Positions 18,783 to 28,855 are shown, numbered from the stretch's first letter. The stretch: DNA of 59,417 nt from Acutalibacteraceae bacterium (GCA_045539095.1 JAZQER010000026.1:1-59417), one strand, 5' to 3'. Notes: generated by a model from the sequence alone, not told the origin. Translations and numbers: made by a program.

Positions 18783-19328
18783 TTATCTGATTTCTAATAC
18801 TGTAATATAATATCCGTCTTGTTTTTGCGTATAAATCTCTGCGTTCTTGCAATTTTTTTTAACATCGAGCCCAAGCATTTCTGAAAAGGATATGTCTGTC
18901 GCCTTAAGCCAGGCTTCCTTTAAGGTCCAGTTTTTAAAAAACTCATCTTCGTTTAGGTCAGCTTCATTACATATTCTCTTCCTCAGCTTCTCTGATACAG
19001 GTCGTATATATTCAATATCTATGCCAACAGGTCTTTCTGATACGGCAGCCGCTATCATATCCTTTGAATGAGATATGCTGATAAATATACCGTTTCTGCC
19101 TTCTATATACGGTCTGCCGTTTTCACCCGCGGTTATATATTCAGTCAGCTCTTCTGCGCAAAACTCACTTATAAGACGACACAGAAGAGCACGCGCCGCC
19201 AAAGACTGACGCGCCGATTTTTCATTTTTATTTTTTATATATTTTTTCTGGGATAAGCTAAGCTGACCGTAAACCCGAACCAGTTCACCGTCATCAAAAG
19301 CATCCAACCTTAAAGCTTTGTATATCAT
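18783..19328 (-). CDS. 4'-phosphopantetheinyl transferase (Sfp type)
   Basis: GRPYI, ISISHS, GIDIE and WTLKEAWLKA motifs. Confidence 0.85.
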   Translation of the reverse strand: MIYKALRLDAFDDGELVRVYGQLSLSQKKYIKNKNEKSARQSLAARALLCRLISEFCAEELTEYITAGENGRPYIEGRNGIFISISHSKDMIAAAVSERPVGIDIEYIRPVSEKLRKRICNEADLNEDEFFKNWTLKEAWLKATDISFSEMLGLDVKKNCKNAEIYTQKQDGYYITVLEIR

Positions 19329-20347
19329 TCTTTTGCCGTTTCTTTGAGTGTGGCGTTCTCAATTATTATCTTATTGGCAAGTTCTCGCACCGCTTCGGCT
19401 TCAATATAGTTTTCGGAAATGCCTGTATCGGCAATATCTCCGCCTGCAGTAGAGTCAAGCGATGCCTTTGTGTTTACCACCAGTTCTTCAGTCACCTTCT
19501 CGCCCGCCGTATCAATAATATAGTAACAAAGGGTATAATTAGTCGCCATATTTTTGGCATAATTTTCGCGTATATAGTCCTCAAATTCTTCAACCGTCAT
19601 ATCATAATAGGACACGTAGCTCTCAAAGCTCATAGAATTATACTCGGCATTTCTTTTATAAGCGTTCAGCTGTTCAGTATAAAAAACACCCAGCTCTTTA
19701 TCGGGGCAAACGTTTATTTGAGCGCGGTTATATACCGTTTCGATCGCCGTCTGCTCAAAGGCATACTTGCGTGCAGTATCCATAACCCACTGAGCCGATT
19801 CGTATCCGCAAGCGGCGGCGGTTTCACTGTTTACGCTCTCATATGCCACCGTAACGTAATTTACGGTAACGGTAAACTGAACCTCCTGCCCTGCAAGCTC
19901 AGCTGCGCTGTAATCTTCAGGAAAGGTCAGTTCAAGGTCGACCGTTCTGCCTATTTCTACTCCGACAAGCCCCTCTTCAAAGCCGTCTATAAACGAACCC
20001 GAGCCTATAGTAAGGTTATAACCGCAAGCTGTACCTCCATCAAAAGCGACGTCATTCTTCTTACCGACATAGTCGATATTTGTAACATCGCCCACTGCTA
20101 CCGTACCCTCGGTTTTTTTGGTCTTCATCATTTCACGGATTTTTTGATTAAAAAAATTCTGATATGACTCGCTTTCGGTATCTACCTCTGTCTTATAACT
20201 GTCAAGCGTTACATACTTTGTCAAATCATAGTTATAATTCAGTCTGTCCATATCTTTTTCTATACTGTCGGTTTTGTCCTTATTACAACCGATAAGTGCA
20301 GTCATTATAAAAAGCAGAACAAATACTATACAAATAATTTTTTTCAT
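19325..20347 (-). CDS. Lipoprotein with FKBP-type (trigger-factor-like) peptidyl-prolyl isomerase domain, paralogue 1
   Basis: Lipobox LIGCNKD. GDVTNIDYVGK...FDGG...LTIGSGSFIDGFEEGLVG resembles the trigger-factor PPIase domain followed by a helical C-terminal domain. Confidence 0.7.
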   Translation of the reverse strand: MKKIICIVFVLLFIMTALIGCNKDKTDSIEKDMDRLNYNYDLTKYVTLDSYKTEVDTESESYQNFFNQKIREMMKTKKTEGTVAVGDVTNIDYVGKKNDVAFDGGTACGYNLTIGSGSFIDGFEEGLVGVEIGRTVDLELTFPEDYSAAELAGQEVQFTVTVNYVTVAYESVNSETAAACGYESAQWVMDTARKYAFEQTAIETVYNRAQINVCPDKELGVFYTEQLNAYKRNAEYNSMSFESYVSYYDMTVEEFEDYIRENYAKNMATNYTLCYYIIDTAGEKVTEELVVNTKASLDSTAGGDIADTGISENYIEAEAVRELANKIIIENATLKETAKE

Positions 20348-20368
20348 TAAAACAATTCTCCGACAATT

Positions 20369-21343
20369 TTATTTTACAGTCGCATTCTCCAATACTATTT
20401 TAACAGCCATTTCATTGACTACCAGAGCTTCGAAATAATTCCTACTGATAGATGTGTTTACATTATCGCCGAACTCGGCAATCTTGTCGGTCACCATCTG
20501 ATCGGTAACCTTCACGCCCGCCTTATCAATTATATAGTAGCTGAGCGCATAGCTGTGGCACATATTTGCAGCATCACTGCTCTCTTTTGCGCTTTGTCTT
20601 AGTTCATCCATAGTAAGTCCAGAATAGGAAACATACTCCTCCAGTGTTATTCCGTACCGTAAATATATCTCGCTGCCGACCTGCTGCATAAGCGCATCCA
20701 CATAAAGCTCGGTTTCTTTTTCGGGGTATTCTTCTATCTTTGCGTTGCTGAAAACATTGCTCCACGCGGTACTTTGCTTAGCGTAATCGCGCGCCACGGC
20801 TTCAACCTCAGCCGCCGACTCATATCCACAGAGCTTTGCAGTATCGTCTGTAAGCTCATCATATTCACGCATTACATAGTTTACCGTCACAGTAAATACA
20901 ACGTCCTCTCCCGCAAGGTCGGATTTACCGTAATCTTCGGGGAAGGTAAGGTTAAGATCAACTGTGCTTCCTATCTGAGCTCCCACAAGCCCTTCTTCAA
21001 AGCCGTCAATAAAGGAGCCCGAGCCGATAACAAGGTCATAACCGTAATCGGTACCGCCACTGAAGGCTACGCCGTCCTTTTTACCGGTATAGTCTATGTT
21101 CGCAGTATCACTGTATTCTACCTTGCCTTCGGTCACCTCTCCAACAAGAAGCTCGCTTAATTTCTCGCTATAATATTTCTTATAATCAACAGAAGCGGTA
21201 TCTACTTCTACTGCATAGCTGTCAAGCTCGACATACTTGGTCATATCGTAATTATAATTAAGTCTTTCCATATCCTTACCACAGCTGCAGAGCAATAATG
21301 CTACCGCAACTGCAAGAGCTGCGAAATTTATAATTCTTTTCAT
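20369..21343 (-). CDS. Lipoprotein with FKBP-type (trigger-factor-like) peptidyl-prolyl isomerase domain, paralogue 2
   Basis: Lipobox LLCSCGKD. Collinear with 19325-20347 over the full length (LNYNYD.TKYV.LDSY..EVDT ... IGSGSFIDGFEEGLVG ... LTFPEDY ... FTVTVNYV). Confidence 0.7.
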   Translation of the reverse strand: MKRIINFAALAVAVALLLCSCGKDMERLNYNYDMTKYVELDSYAVEVDTASVDYKKYYSEKLSELLVGEVTEGKVEYSDTANIDYTGKKDGVAFSGGTDYGYDLVIGSGSFIDGFEEGLVGAQIGSTVDLNLTFPEDYGKSDLAGEDVVFTVTVNYVMREYDELTDDTAKLCGYESAAEVEAVARDYAKQSTAWSNVFSNAKIEEYPEKETELYVDALMQQVGSEIYLRYGITLEEYVSYSGLTMDELRQSAKESSDAANMCHSYALSYYIIDKAGVKVTDQMVTDKIAEFGDNVNTSISRNYFEALVVNEMAVKIVLENATVK

Positions 21344-21347
21344 TTAA

Positions 21348-22472
21348 CTATTCTCCTTTTGCAAGCTCGTTAAGGGATGAAGCTTTTAAATAGGCGTTAA
21401 TAAATCCGTCAAGGTCTCCGTCCATTACGGAATTTATATTTCCGTTTTCAAAGCCCGTTCTATGATCCTTGGCAAGTGTGTAAGGCATAAATACATATGA
21501 GCGTATCTGAGAGCCCCAAGCAATCTCCTTCTGGACGCCCTTTATATCTTCGATTTTTTCGAGGTGCTCTCTTTCCTTTATTTCGATGAGCTTTGACTTT
21601 AACATTCTCATCGCCATCTCGCGGTTCTGGTGCTGACTGCGTTCATTCTGACAGGCAACGACTATACCTGTAGGTATATGGGTAATTCGCACAGCCGAAT
21701 CAGTCTTGTTTATATGCTGACCGCCGGCTCCCGACGAACGGTAGGTATCCACACGAAGATCCTCAGAGCGGATTTCGACCTCTACGCTATCATCTATTTC
21801 CGGCATAACATCAAGCGATGCAAAGGAAGTATGGCGTCTGCCCGAAGCATCAAATGGAGAAATACGCACAAGGCGGTGAACCCCTGCCTCACTCTTTAAA
21901 AAGCCGTAAGCGTTTTCGCCCTCTACACGAAGAACCGCGCTTTTAAGTCCCGCCTCGTCTCCGTCAAGGAAGTCTATCATATCAACCTTGAAGCCGTGAC
22001 GCTCGCCCCATTTCGTATACATACGGACAAGCATTTCGTTCCAGTCCTGAGCCTCGGTACCGCCCGCACCAGCATGGAAGGTTATAACGGCATTATTTTT
22101 ATCATACTCGCCTATAAGAAGAGTGGTAAGACGCATAGCTTCCAAACTTGACACAAACTCATCTACCGTTGCGGATGCCTCCTCGACTACCGAAAGGTCA
22201 CCGTCCTCGTTTCCGAGAGTAATAAGCACTTCGGCATCATCGTAGAGGGCGCAAAGTTTATCATATGCCTCGCACTTACCCTTTAACTGACTTATTTTCT
22301 GCAAAACTGTCTGTGAGTTTTCAAGATTATCCCAAAATCCGGGGGCAGCTGCCTGCGCCTCAAGCTTTGAGACCTGCTCTCTTAACATTTCATAGCCTAT
22401 TGCGCCCTTAAGCTCGCCAAGCTCCTCTTTATATCCTTCGAGTTTTAATCTTAACTCTTCAAATTCAAGCAT
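21348..22472 (-). CDS. prfB: Peptide chain release factor 2, uninterrupted reading frame
   Basis: SPF tripeptide (RISPFDASGRRHTSFA) and GGQ (SGAGGQHINKT). Full-length 374 aa in a single frame. Confidence 0.95.
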   Translation of the reverse strand: MLEFEELRLKLEGYKEELGELKGAIGYEMLREQVSKLEAQAAAPGFWDNLENSQTVLQKISQLKGKCEAYDKLCALYDDAEVLITLGNEDGDLSVVEEASATVDEFVSSLEAMRLTTLLIGEYDKNNAVITFHAGAGGTEAQDWNEMLVRMYTKWGERHGFKVDMIDFLDGDEAGLKSAVLRVEGENAYGFLKSEAGVHRLVRISPFDASGRRHTSFASLDVMPEIDDSVEVEIRSEDLRVDTYRSSGAGGQHINKTDSAVRITHIPTGIVVACQNERSQHQNREMAMRMLKSKLIEIKEREHLEKIEDIKGVQKEIAWGSQIRSYVFMPYTLAKDHRTGFENGNINSVMDGDLDGFINAYLKASSLNELAKGE

Positions 22473-22489
22473 AAATATCTCCTAAATAA

Positions 22490-23410
22490 TTACTCTGCAG
22501 TGCATACAAAGGCGCACCAATTATCCTTTGTAAGTCTTTTTTCTACCTTAAATCCGAATTTTTTGAAAGCAGCAATTACATCCGACTCTCTCGAATCTAT
22601 TATACCGGAGGTAATTAGTACAGCATCAGGCTCCATATAGTCAGCAACATTCTCGAGCAGTCTTATTATTACGTCAGCCACGATATTTGCGCAAACAATA
22701 TTATATTTCCTGTTTATCTTATCGGCTAGATCACCGACAAGATAATTTGTTTTGTCGCTGACACCGTTGATTTGGGCATTTTCTTTCGCAACCTTTACCG
22801 CCGCGGAGTCAATATCAACTCCGTCGGCATACGCAGCACCGAGCAGAACTGAGCCTATACTGAGTATTCCGCTTCCCGAGCCTATATCGAGCACACGACT
22901 GTGGGAAGTAACATAGCCCTCCAAAAGCTCAAGACAGAGAGATGTTGTCGCGTGAGTGCCCGTTCCGAAAGCAGCTCCCGGATCAATGCTCAATACAACG
23001 CGGTTGGTGTTTTTATCGTAATCCTCCCAGCTTGGACGAACGAGAAGCTTTCTTCCGACCTCTGTACATTTAAAATACTTTTTCCAGCCGTCTGCCCAGT
23101 CCGAGTCGTTTACAGCCTCGCTGTAAAACTCATATTCAATACCATCGGCAGACATTAGTTCGGTCAGATACTGGGCGGCTTCGGCGGCGTTATCTTCCTC
23201 GGAAACATAAATATGAATTATACCGAAGCTTTTATCCATCTCGCGCAGCTCCTGCTCGATAAGGTCAATGTGCGCTATCTCCCAAGCCTGCTCTTCCAAA
23301 TCAGAGTAATCTTCGATATAGATTCCGTATGGCACTGCCATATTCGCGATAGCTGAAGCACGGTCAATATCCTCGGTTTTTATCTTTATTTTAAGCTCGG
23401 TCCAATTCAT
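22490..23410 (-). CDS. prmA: Ribosomal protein L11 methyltransferase
   Basis: N-terminal MNWTELKIK..., SAM-binding VLDIGSGSGILSI, and PrmA-typical length. Confidence 0.9.
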   Translation of the reverse strand: MNWTELKIKIKTEDIDRASAIANMAVPYGIYIEDYSDLEEQAWEIAHIDLIEQELREMDKSFGIIHIYVSEEDNAAEAAQYLTELMSADGIEYEFYSEAVNDSDWADGWKKYFKCTEVGRKLLVRPSWEDYDKNTNRVVLSIDPGAAFGTGTHATTSLCLELLEGYVTSHSRVLDIGSGSGILSIGSVLLGAAYADGVDIDSAAVKVAKENAQINGVSDKTNYLVGDLADKINRKYNIVCANIVADVIIRLLENVADYMEPDAVLITSGIIDSRESDVIAAFKKFGFKVEKRLTKDNWCAFVCTAE

Positions 23411-23548
23411 AATTTTCTCCTTACTGTATCTAATTTATATAGTATAACATAAAAACAATAAAATTTAAACATTAAATTTCGGGTTGATTTATGCCGCGTA
23501 ATATAGTAAAATTTCATTATAACAATATATCGTAACGGAGTGATTATT

Positions 23549-26164
23549 TTGATCTGGCACAGTTGTGATGCCCAAATGGTTGTAGCAGAGCTCGCATCCG
23601 ATAAAGAAAAGGGTCTTGACAGCGCCGAGGTGCTGAGAAGGCTTGAGCTTTACGGTAAAAACGAGATACACGACTTTGAAAAACCGAATTTTTTTAAGCT
23701 ACTCTTAAAACAACTGAGCGGCTATCTTAATATTGTCTTTTTATGTGTGGCGGCAATCTACCTAATCATCACCATTATCACAAAAGAAGTCAGTTGGACA
23801 GAGCCCTTTCTTATCATACTGATTCTTTTGATCAACTCTGTTACAGGAACCTTTATCCGTTACCGAAATACCTTAAATTTAGATAAATTGCGCAACTCTA
23901 ATATTACCTATACTACGGTTATACGCGATGGCATAGAGCAGATTATTCCGTCGGCAAACCTCGTGCCCGGTGATATCATGCTTCTCAGCACAGGAGATTT
24001 TGTTCGCGCTGACGGGAGAATCATAGACGCTTACGTATTCATGTGCGATGAGTTTTCTGTCACGGGCGAATCTGTGCCGACAGAAAAAATGCCCGGCCAG
24101 CTTTGCGAGGATATCACCCCGCTTGAAAACCGTGTGAATATGGTGTATTCGGGCAGCTATGTCCAAAGCGGAAAGGCTGTCGTTATAGTGACAGAAACCG
24201 GCGAGGACACCGCCATAGGTCGCGCCGAAAGTATTGTAAAGCAGACACGCATCAAATCTACACCCCTGCAAAGCCGCCTGAAGGCTATTGGAAGGATATC
24301 TGCAATAGTCAGTCTTATTGCCTCCGTCGTTGTTTTTCTTGTTGGTGTAGTCGCTAACATTTCCAACTATGATACAGGCTTTGAGACAACGGTGTTCAGT
24401 CATCTTCTGCTTGGACTTGCATTGGTTGTTTCAGCTATTCCGGAGGGACTGCCGACAGTTTTAGACATTGCGGTAGCCTTCTCGGCAAACCGACTGCATA
24501 ACAGAAACATCACCTTTATCAATCTTCCCGCCGCCGAATCTATCGGAGGCACCTCGGTCATCTGCACCGATAAGACCGGTGCCCTTACTGACGAGAATAT
24601 GAATCTCGTAAAGGTTTCAGACGGAAAAAATATTGTTGATGTTACCGACGGTCACTTAAGCGAGTCAACCGTAACTCTTTTACACCTTGCACTTATATGT
24701 AGCAATTTTAATCGGAATGAGCATTTTGAGCGTCACTCAAACGCACTCGAAGCGGCTATCGAACGCGCCTCCGTAAAGGCTACGGGAATGAGCAAGGCAG
24801 ATATTGACGGTATTTATCCCCGTCTTGCCGAATTGCCTTTCGACTCTGCCAGAAGACTTATGACCACCGTAACGGTAATAAATTCAAAACCCTACGCTGT
24901 CATAAAGGGTGCACCTGAGATAATCTTAGAACGGTCAGTCGATGTTGAACCCCAAAGTATTACATCCAAGATAGATTCCTTAGCAGAAGAAGGTCTTATG
25001 GTTTTGGCAGTCGCTTTAAAACCGCTTGACGGAATACCTGCCAACCCCAACAGTGAAGAGCTTGAAAACGGACTTATTTTTGTCGGACTGCTTGCTTTTG
25101 ACAATCCGCCCGACCCGCTTTGTGTCCGCGAGATTGCTGCGTGTAAAGCAAAGGGTATCCGTGTAGTTATGCTGACGGGTGACTACACCGCGACGGCAAT
25201 ATCTGTCGCCAAGACGCTAGGTATAATTTCTGATACAAGCGAGGTTATCAGTCACGGTGAGCTTGAAAAAATGAGCGATGAGGAGCTTTCTGAAAAAGTA
25301 AGTGATTATTCAGTATTTGCGAGAATCACTTCTGAGGACAAGCTTAGAATAGTACGGGCTTTGCGCTCTTGTTCCGAACAGGTGCTTCTCACCTGCGACA
25401 GCGTAAGCGATGTTCCCGCACTTGTTGAAGCAGATTATGGCTGTGCTCTCGGTATTACGGGTTCTGACTCTGTTAAAGCTTCAGCTGATTTTGTTGTAAA
25501 CGATAATAAGTTTTCCACCCTTACCCTCGCTTTAAAAGAAAGCAACCGCATATTCGACAGTGTGCTTCGCAGTGTCAAATACCTTATATCCTGCAACGCT
25601 GCAGAGATAATTACCGTTCTTTTCGGACTTATCATATTCGGCTCTTCGCCACTTACTGCGGCGGCGCTTCTGTGGATAAACCTTGTTACCGATCTCTTCC
25701 CTGCTCTTGCTTTTTCGGGAGAGGTAGCAAGCAGCACACTCAGTCTTCGACGCCACGAAAGCAATCAGCTTATAAGTGTCCGTTCAACCGCCGGTATGGC
25801 TGTGCCTGCAGTTATAATCTCTGTGCTGACATTAATCGCCTATGGTATTGGCCTTTCATACTCTGCCGAAATGGCGGCGACCCTTACCTTCGCCGTGCTG
25901 AGTATTTGTGAAATAGTACACGCATTTGCCCTCAGTCACACATATACAGTTTTTCAGAAGGGCACAGTGAGAAATCTCGTTATGCCGATTGCCTGTCTGC
26001 TCTCACTGGTTATTGTTTTGTTGGTTATCACAACTCCCCTTGGCTCCTTACTTTCATTCACAAGCCTTAACGGGGCGGGATGGATAATGATACTCGTCTC
26101 GGCAGTTATCACCCTTACAACGGGAGAAACGGTAAAATTTATAAGTAAAAAACTAAATAAGTAA
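23549..26164 (+). CDS. P-type cation-transporting ATPase (type IIA / Ca2+-ATPase-like), divergent hinge motif
   Basis: TGES (SVTGESVP), PEGLP, DKTGALT phosphorylation site, KGAPE, MLTGD, and TM5/TM6 residues YLISCNAAE and WINLVTD. The ORF track starts at GTG 23540; I prefer TTG 23549 (GGAG 8 nt upstream). Confidence 0.85.
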   Translation: MIWHSCDAQMVVAELASDKEKGLDSAEVLRRLELYGKNEIHDFEKPNFFKLLLKQLSGYLNIVFLCVAAIYLIITIITKEVSWTEPFLIILILLINSVTGTFIRYRNTLNLDKLRNSNITYTTVIRDGIEQIIPSANLVPGDIMLLSTGDFVRADGRIIDAYVFMCDEFSVTGESVPTEKMPGQLCEDITPLENRVNMVYSGSYVQSGKAVVIVTETGEDTAIGRAESIVKQTRIKSTPLQSRLKAIGRISAIVSLIASVVVFLVGVVANISNYDTGFETTVFSHLLLGLALVVSAIPEGLPTVLDIAVAFSANRLHNRNITFINLPAAESIGGTSVICTDKTGALTDENMNLVKVSDGKNIVDVTDGHLSESTVTLLHLALICSNFNRNEHFERHSNALEAAIERASVKATGMSKADIDGIYPRLAELPFDSARRLMTTVTVINSKPYAVIKGAPEIILERSVDVEPQSITSKIDSLAEEGLMVLAVALKPLDGIPANPNSEELENGLIFVGLLAFDNPPDPLCVREIAACKAKGIRVVMLTGDYTATAISVAKTLGIISDTSEVISHGELEKMSDEELSEKVSDYSVFARITSEDKLRIVRALRSCSEQVLLTCDSVSDVPALVEADYGCALGITGSDSVKASADFVVNDNKFSTLTLALKESNRIFDSVLRSVKYLISCNAAEIITVLFGLIIFGSSPLTAAALLWINLVTDLFPALAFSGEVASSTLSLRRHESNQLISVRSTAGMAVPAVIISVLTLIAYGIGLSYSAEMAATLTFAVLSICEIVHAFALSHTYTVFQKGTVRNLVMPIACLLSLVIVLLVITTPLGSLLSFTSLNGAGWIMILVSAVITLTTGETVKFISKKLNK

Positions 26165-26166
26165 AG

Positions 26167-26192
26167 AAAAGCCGTTCTGAAGAACGGCTTTT
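26167..26192. terminator. Bidirectional terminator between the ATPase gene and radA
   Basis: AAAAGCCGTTC / GAACGGCTTTT perfect stem with TGAA loop. Confidence 0.85.
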
Positions 26193-26197
26193 AATTT

Positions 26198-27562
26198 CTA
26201 TTTTACAAGTTGTAATGCTGCAGAAAGGGTTGAAACACCTATCAGCTCTATATCACCCTTAACCGAAGACAACTGCTTTAAGGATGATTTCGGAACAACG
26301 CAACGGTTGAAGCCGAGACGCGCCGCTTCTTTAACTCTTTCTACTATCTTGGGTACCGAGCGAACCTCTCCCGAAAGTCCTACCTCGCCAAAGATAACAG
26401 TATCATCCGGTATTGCAGTATCGCGGACCCCCGAAACAAGAGCCATTGCAACAGCAAGGTCGACCGCAGGCTCGTCTAATCTCAGACCGCCGACTATATT
26501 AAGATAAGCATCAAGATTTGAAAAAAATAGCCCTTCACGCTTTTCAAGCACCGCAAGTATAAGATTAAAGCGATTGTAATCAAAACCTGTCGCCATTCTT
26601 CTTGGATTACCGAAGCCGCTTGCGGTAACAAGCGCTTGTACTTCCGCCAAAATAGGCCTTGTACCCTCCATAACGCAGGTTATGGCCGAGCCTGAAACTC
26701 CGCTTAGCCTGCCCGAAAGAAGCATCGCAGATGGGTTTTCCACCTCGCAGAGACCTTTATCGGTCATTTCAAAAACACCAATCTCATTGGTTGAGCCATA
26801 GCGGTTCTTGACCGCTCTCAGTATTCTGTAGGACTGATTACGTTCGCCCTCAAAGTAAAGCACAGTGTCTACGATATGCTCAAGTACCTTGGGTCCCGCT
26901 ATCTCGCCGCCTTTATTGACGTGACCGACGATAATTATCGGAATATCGAGGCTCTTACCGACGCTGAGCAATAAATTTGAGGACTCTCTGACCTGAACAA
27001 TACTTCCCACCGATGAGGAAAGCTCTGCTATACGCATGGTCTGTATGGAATCTATCATAACAAGATCGGGCTTTTCGGTACGGATATATTCGCATATACC
27101 GCCAGTGTCTGTCTCCGCCATTATAAGAAGATTATCACGGTCGACCCCAAGTCGGTTCGCGCGAAGCTTAAGCTGTACCGCCGACTCCTCGCCCGAAACA
27201 TAAAGCACCTTTATATCATTATCTATATTCTTGCAAATCTGCAGCAGTATGGTAGATTTTCCTATACCGGGGTCTCCGCTTATAAGCGCCACAGAGCCCT
27301 TAACAATGCCGCCGCCAAGCACACGGTCAAGCTCACAAATTCCCGTTTTGTAGCGGTGCTCATTTTCAAAGGAAATTTCCCCTATAGGCTGAGCCTTTAT
27401 GACTGAGGCCGCACCGCTCACCAATTGATTTGACTTTGTGGGCGCAATCACCTCTTCTGTGAGGGTGTTCCATTTTCGGCAACCCTGACACTGCCCCATC
27501 CATTTTGCACTCTCGTATCCGCACTCGTTACAGACATAGACTGTTTTCAACTTTGAAGCCAT
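26198..27562 (-). CDS. radA: DNA repair protein RadA/Sms
   Basis: Zinc finger CNECGYESAKWMGQCQGCRKWNT, Walker A GDPGIGKST, KNRYGSTNE motif, and Lon-like C-terminal domain. Confidence 0.95.
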   Translation of the reverse strand: MASKLKTVYVCNECGYESAKWMGQCQGCRKWNTLTEEVIAPTKSNQLVSGAASVIKAQPIGEISFENEHRYKTGICELDRVLGGGIVKGSVALISGDPGIGKSTILLQICKNIDNDIKVLYVSGEESAVQLKLRANRLGVDRDNLLIMAETDTGGICEYIRTEKPDLVMIDSIQTMRIAELSSSVGSIVQVRESSNLLLSVGKSLDIPIIIVGHVNKGGEIAGPKVLEHIVDTVLYFEGERNQSYRILRAVKNRYGSTNEIGVFEMTDKGLCEVENPSAMLLSGRLSGVSGSAITCVMEGTRPILAEVQALVTASGFGNPRRMATGFDYNRFNLILAVLEKREGLFFSNLDAYLNIVGGLRLDEPAVDLAVAMALVSGVRDTAIPDDTVIFGEVGLSGEVRSVPKIVERVKEAARLGFNRCVVPKSSLKQLSSVKGDIELIGVSTLSAALQLVK

Positions 27563-27576
27563 TTTTAACTCCTATA

Positions 27577-28278
27577 TTACATATATTCTTCTATTCCGCA
27601 AAAGACGGCAAACGCCATCTTTGACTGATATTCTTCTGTTTTAAGCAGCTCAAGCTCTCGGCTATTGCTTAAAAAACCACACTCCACTATTATTGCTGGT
27701 ATCTTGGCATTATAAAGCAGATATGTGCTTTTAGTTCCTTTTTTTATAGTCCTCTCATTATCGGGCTGTAAAAGATTTCTCACCGTTTGTTGAACAGACT
27801 GTCCTAAAATCATTGAATCAGGATGGTTGGCAGAATAAAAAACTTGAGCGCCGTTTGCCGAAGAGGTCGTGAATTTATTAAGATGAATGCTCACAAATAC
27901 AGCGTCCTCATTTTCATTTATAATACGAAGCCGTTCGTTCATATCGCTCTTTTTTCGCTCTGCAATCGAAGCGGAAGAATCGATTTCGGTGCCCGTATCA
28001 GTGGTTCGTGTCATAATAACTTCATAGCCGTGAAGCTTTAAAAGTTCTGACAGCCGTGTGGCTATCATCAGATTTATATCCTTTTCGGGCGTCCCGTCTT
28101 GCGCCTCTGCACCGCCGTCAAACCCGCCGTGGCCGGCGTCGATTATTATTGTTGTTTTTGCTACTGTTACCGTTGCTGCAACGGGGATATGCTGAAGCTC
28201 ACCGTCAGAGAATATACAACAGCATATAAAAAATGTAAAGCATAAAACACATACTGATAGTTTTTTTAAAACAGCCAC
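27577..28278 (-). CDS. cwlD: N-acetylmuramoyl-L-alanine amidase, CwlD-like (germination-specific)
   Basis: Start moved to GTG 28278 (AAGGAG 8 nt upstream). TM anchor, then IIIDAGHGGFDGGA...EKDINL...SIHLN amidase_3 motifs and CwlD-like size. Confidence 0.8.
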   Translation of the reverse strand: MAVLKKLSVCVLCFTFFICCCIFSDGELQHIPVAATVTVAKTTIIIDAGHGGFDGGAEAQDGTPEKDINLMIATRLSELLKLHGYEVIMTRTTDTGTEIDSSASIAERKKSDMNERLRIINENEDAVFVSIHLNKFTTSSANGAQVFYSANHPDSMILGQSVQQTVRNLLQPDNERTIKKGTKSTYLLYNAKIPAIIVECGFLSNSRELELLKTEEYQSKMAFAVFCGIEEYM

Positions 28279-28360
28279 AAAATAACTCCTTAATAAATAT
28301 ATCAAAATCTCAGATATTTTTCAATAACGATATATTTAAAAATATGCACTAAGTTACAGA

Positions 28361-28399
28361 AAAAGCACTCTGTTCAAAACTGAAACAGAGCGCTTTTTA
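28361..28399 (-). terminator. Terminator after the small membrane protein gene
   Basis: GCACTCTGTT / AACAGAGCGC stem (one mismatch), flanked by A4 and T5 runs. Confidence 0.65.
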
Positions 28400-28801
28400 T
28401 TATATTATCTTTTTTGTCGGCTGATTTACTCCCCACACACCTCCTATAAGGGCTGAAAGCATGGTTATCACAAAATTAAAAAGGGTGTTTAAAGTCAGTG
28501 AATCGGAGTGGGTCGCTAAAGCCACCGCGACGCTTATAAGAAAAATCACGCCGCCACATATAACTCCGTTTAAAAGCCCTCCCTTTTTAAGCTTTTTAGA
28601 AGCAATAAATGCAGACATAAGCGAACCTGCTGCCAAAGCTACCGACGCTAAGGGAGTTGCAAAGCTGTCAGAAAGGCCAAGCGTCACTCCCAACACAGAA
28701 AACAAAAGCATAAAAATAAATGTTATTATGAAGCCTAAGACTACAGATATCAGATAAACAAAAAATCTTCCTTTCATTCGGTCTGTATTTTCGTTATTCA
28801 T
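28400..28801 (-). CDS. Small integral membrane protein (four predicted TM helices; possibly YrzE/TIGR04086-like)
   Basis: 133 aa, Gly/Ala-rich hydrophobic segments. Family assignment is by resemblance only. Confidence 0.5.
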   Translation of the reverse strand: MNNENTDRMKGRFFVYLISVVLGFIITFIFMLLFSVLGVTLGLSDSFATPLASVALAAGSLMSAFIASKKLKKGGLLNGVICGGVIFLISVAVALATHSDSLTLNTLFNFVITMLSALIGGVWGVNQPTKKII

Positions 28802-28855
28802 ATCATCAACTCCCGTACAATATCTATGCTGGAGCCAACAAAAAAATGAACGATA

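Noticed and set aside
21348-22472. A programmed +1 frameshift site in prfB, which is common in bacteria.
   Set aside because: I looked for the early in-frame TGA with an upstream SD. The gene reads ...ELKGAIGYEML... in a single frame from the ATG, so this prfB lacks the autoregulatory frameshift. That is a known minority state, not an anomaly.
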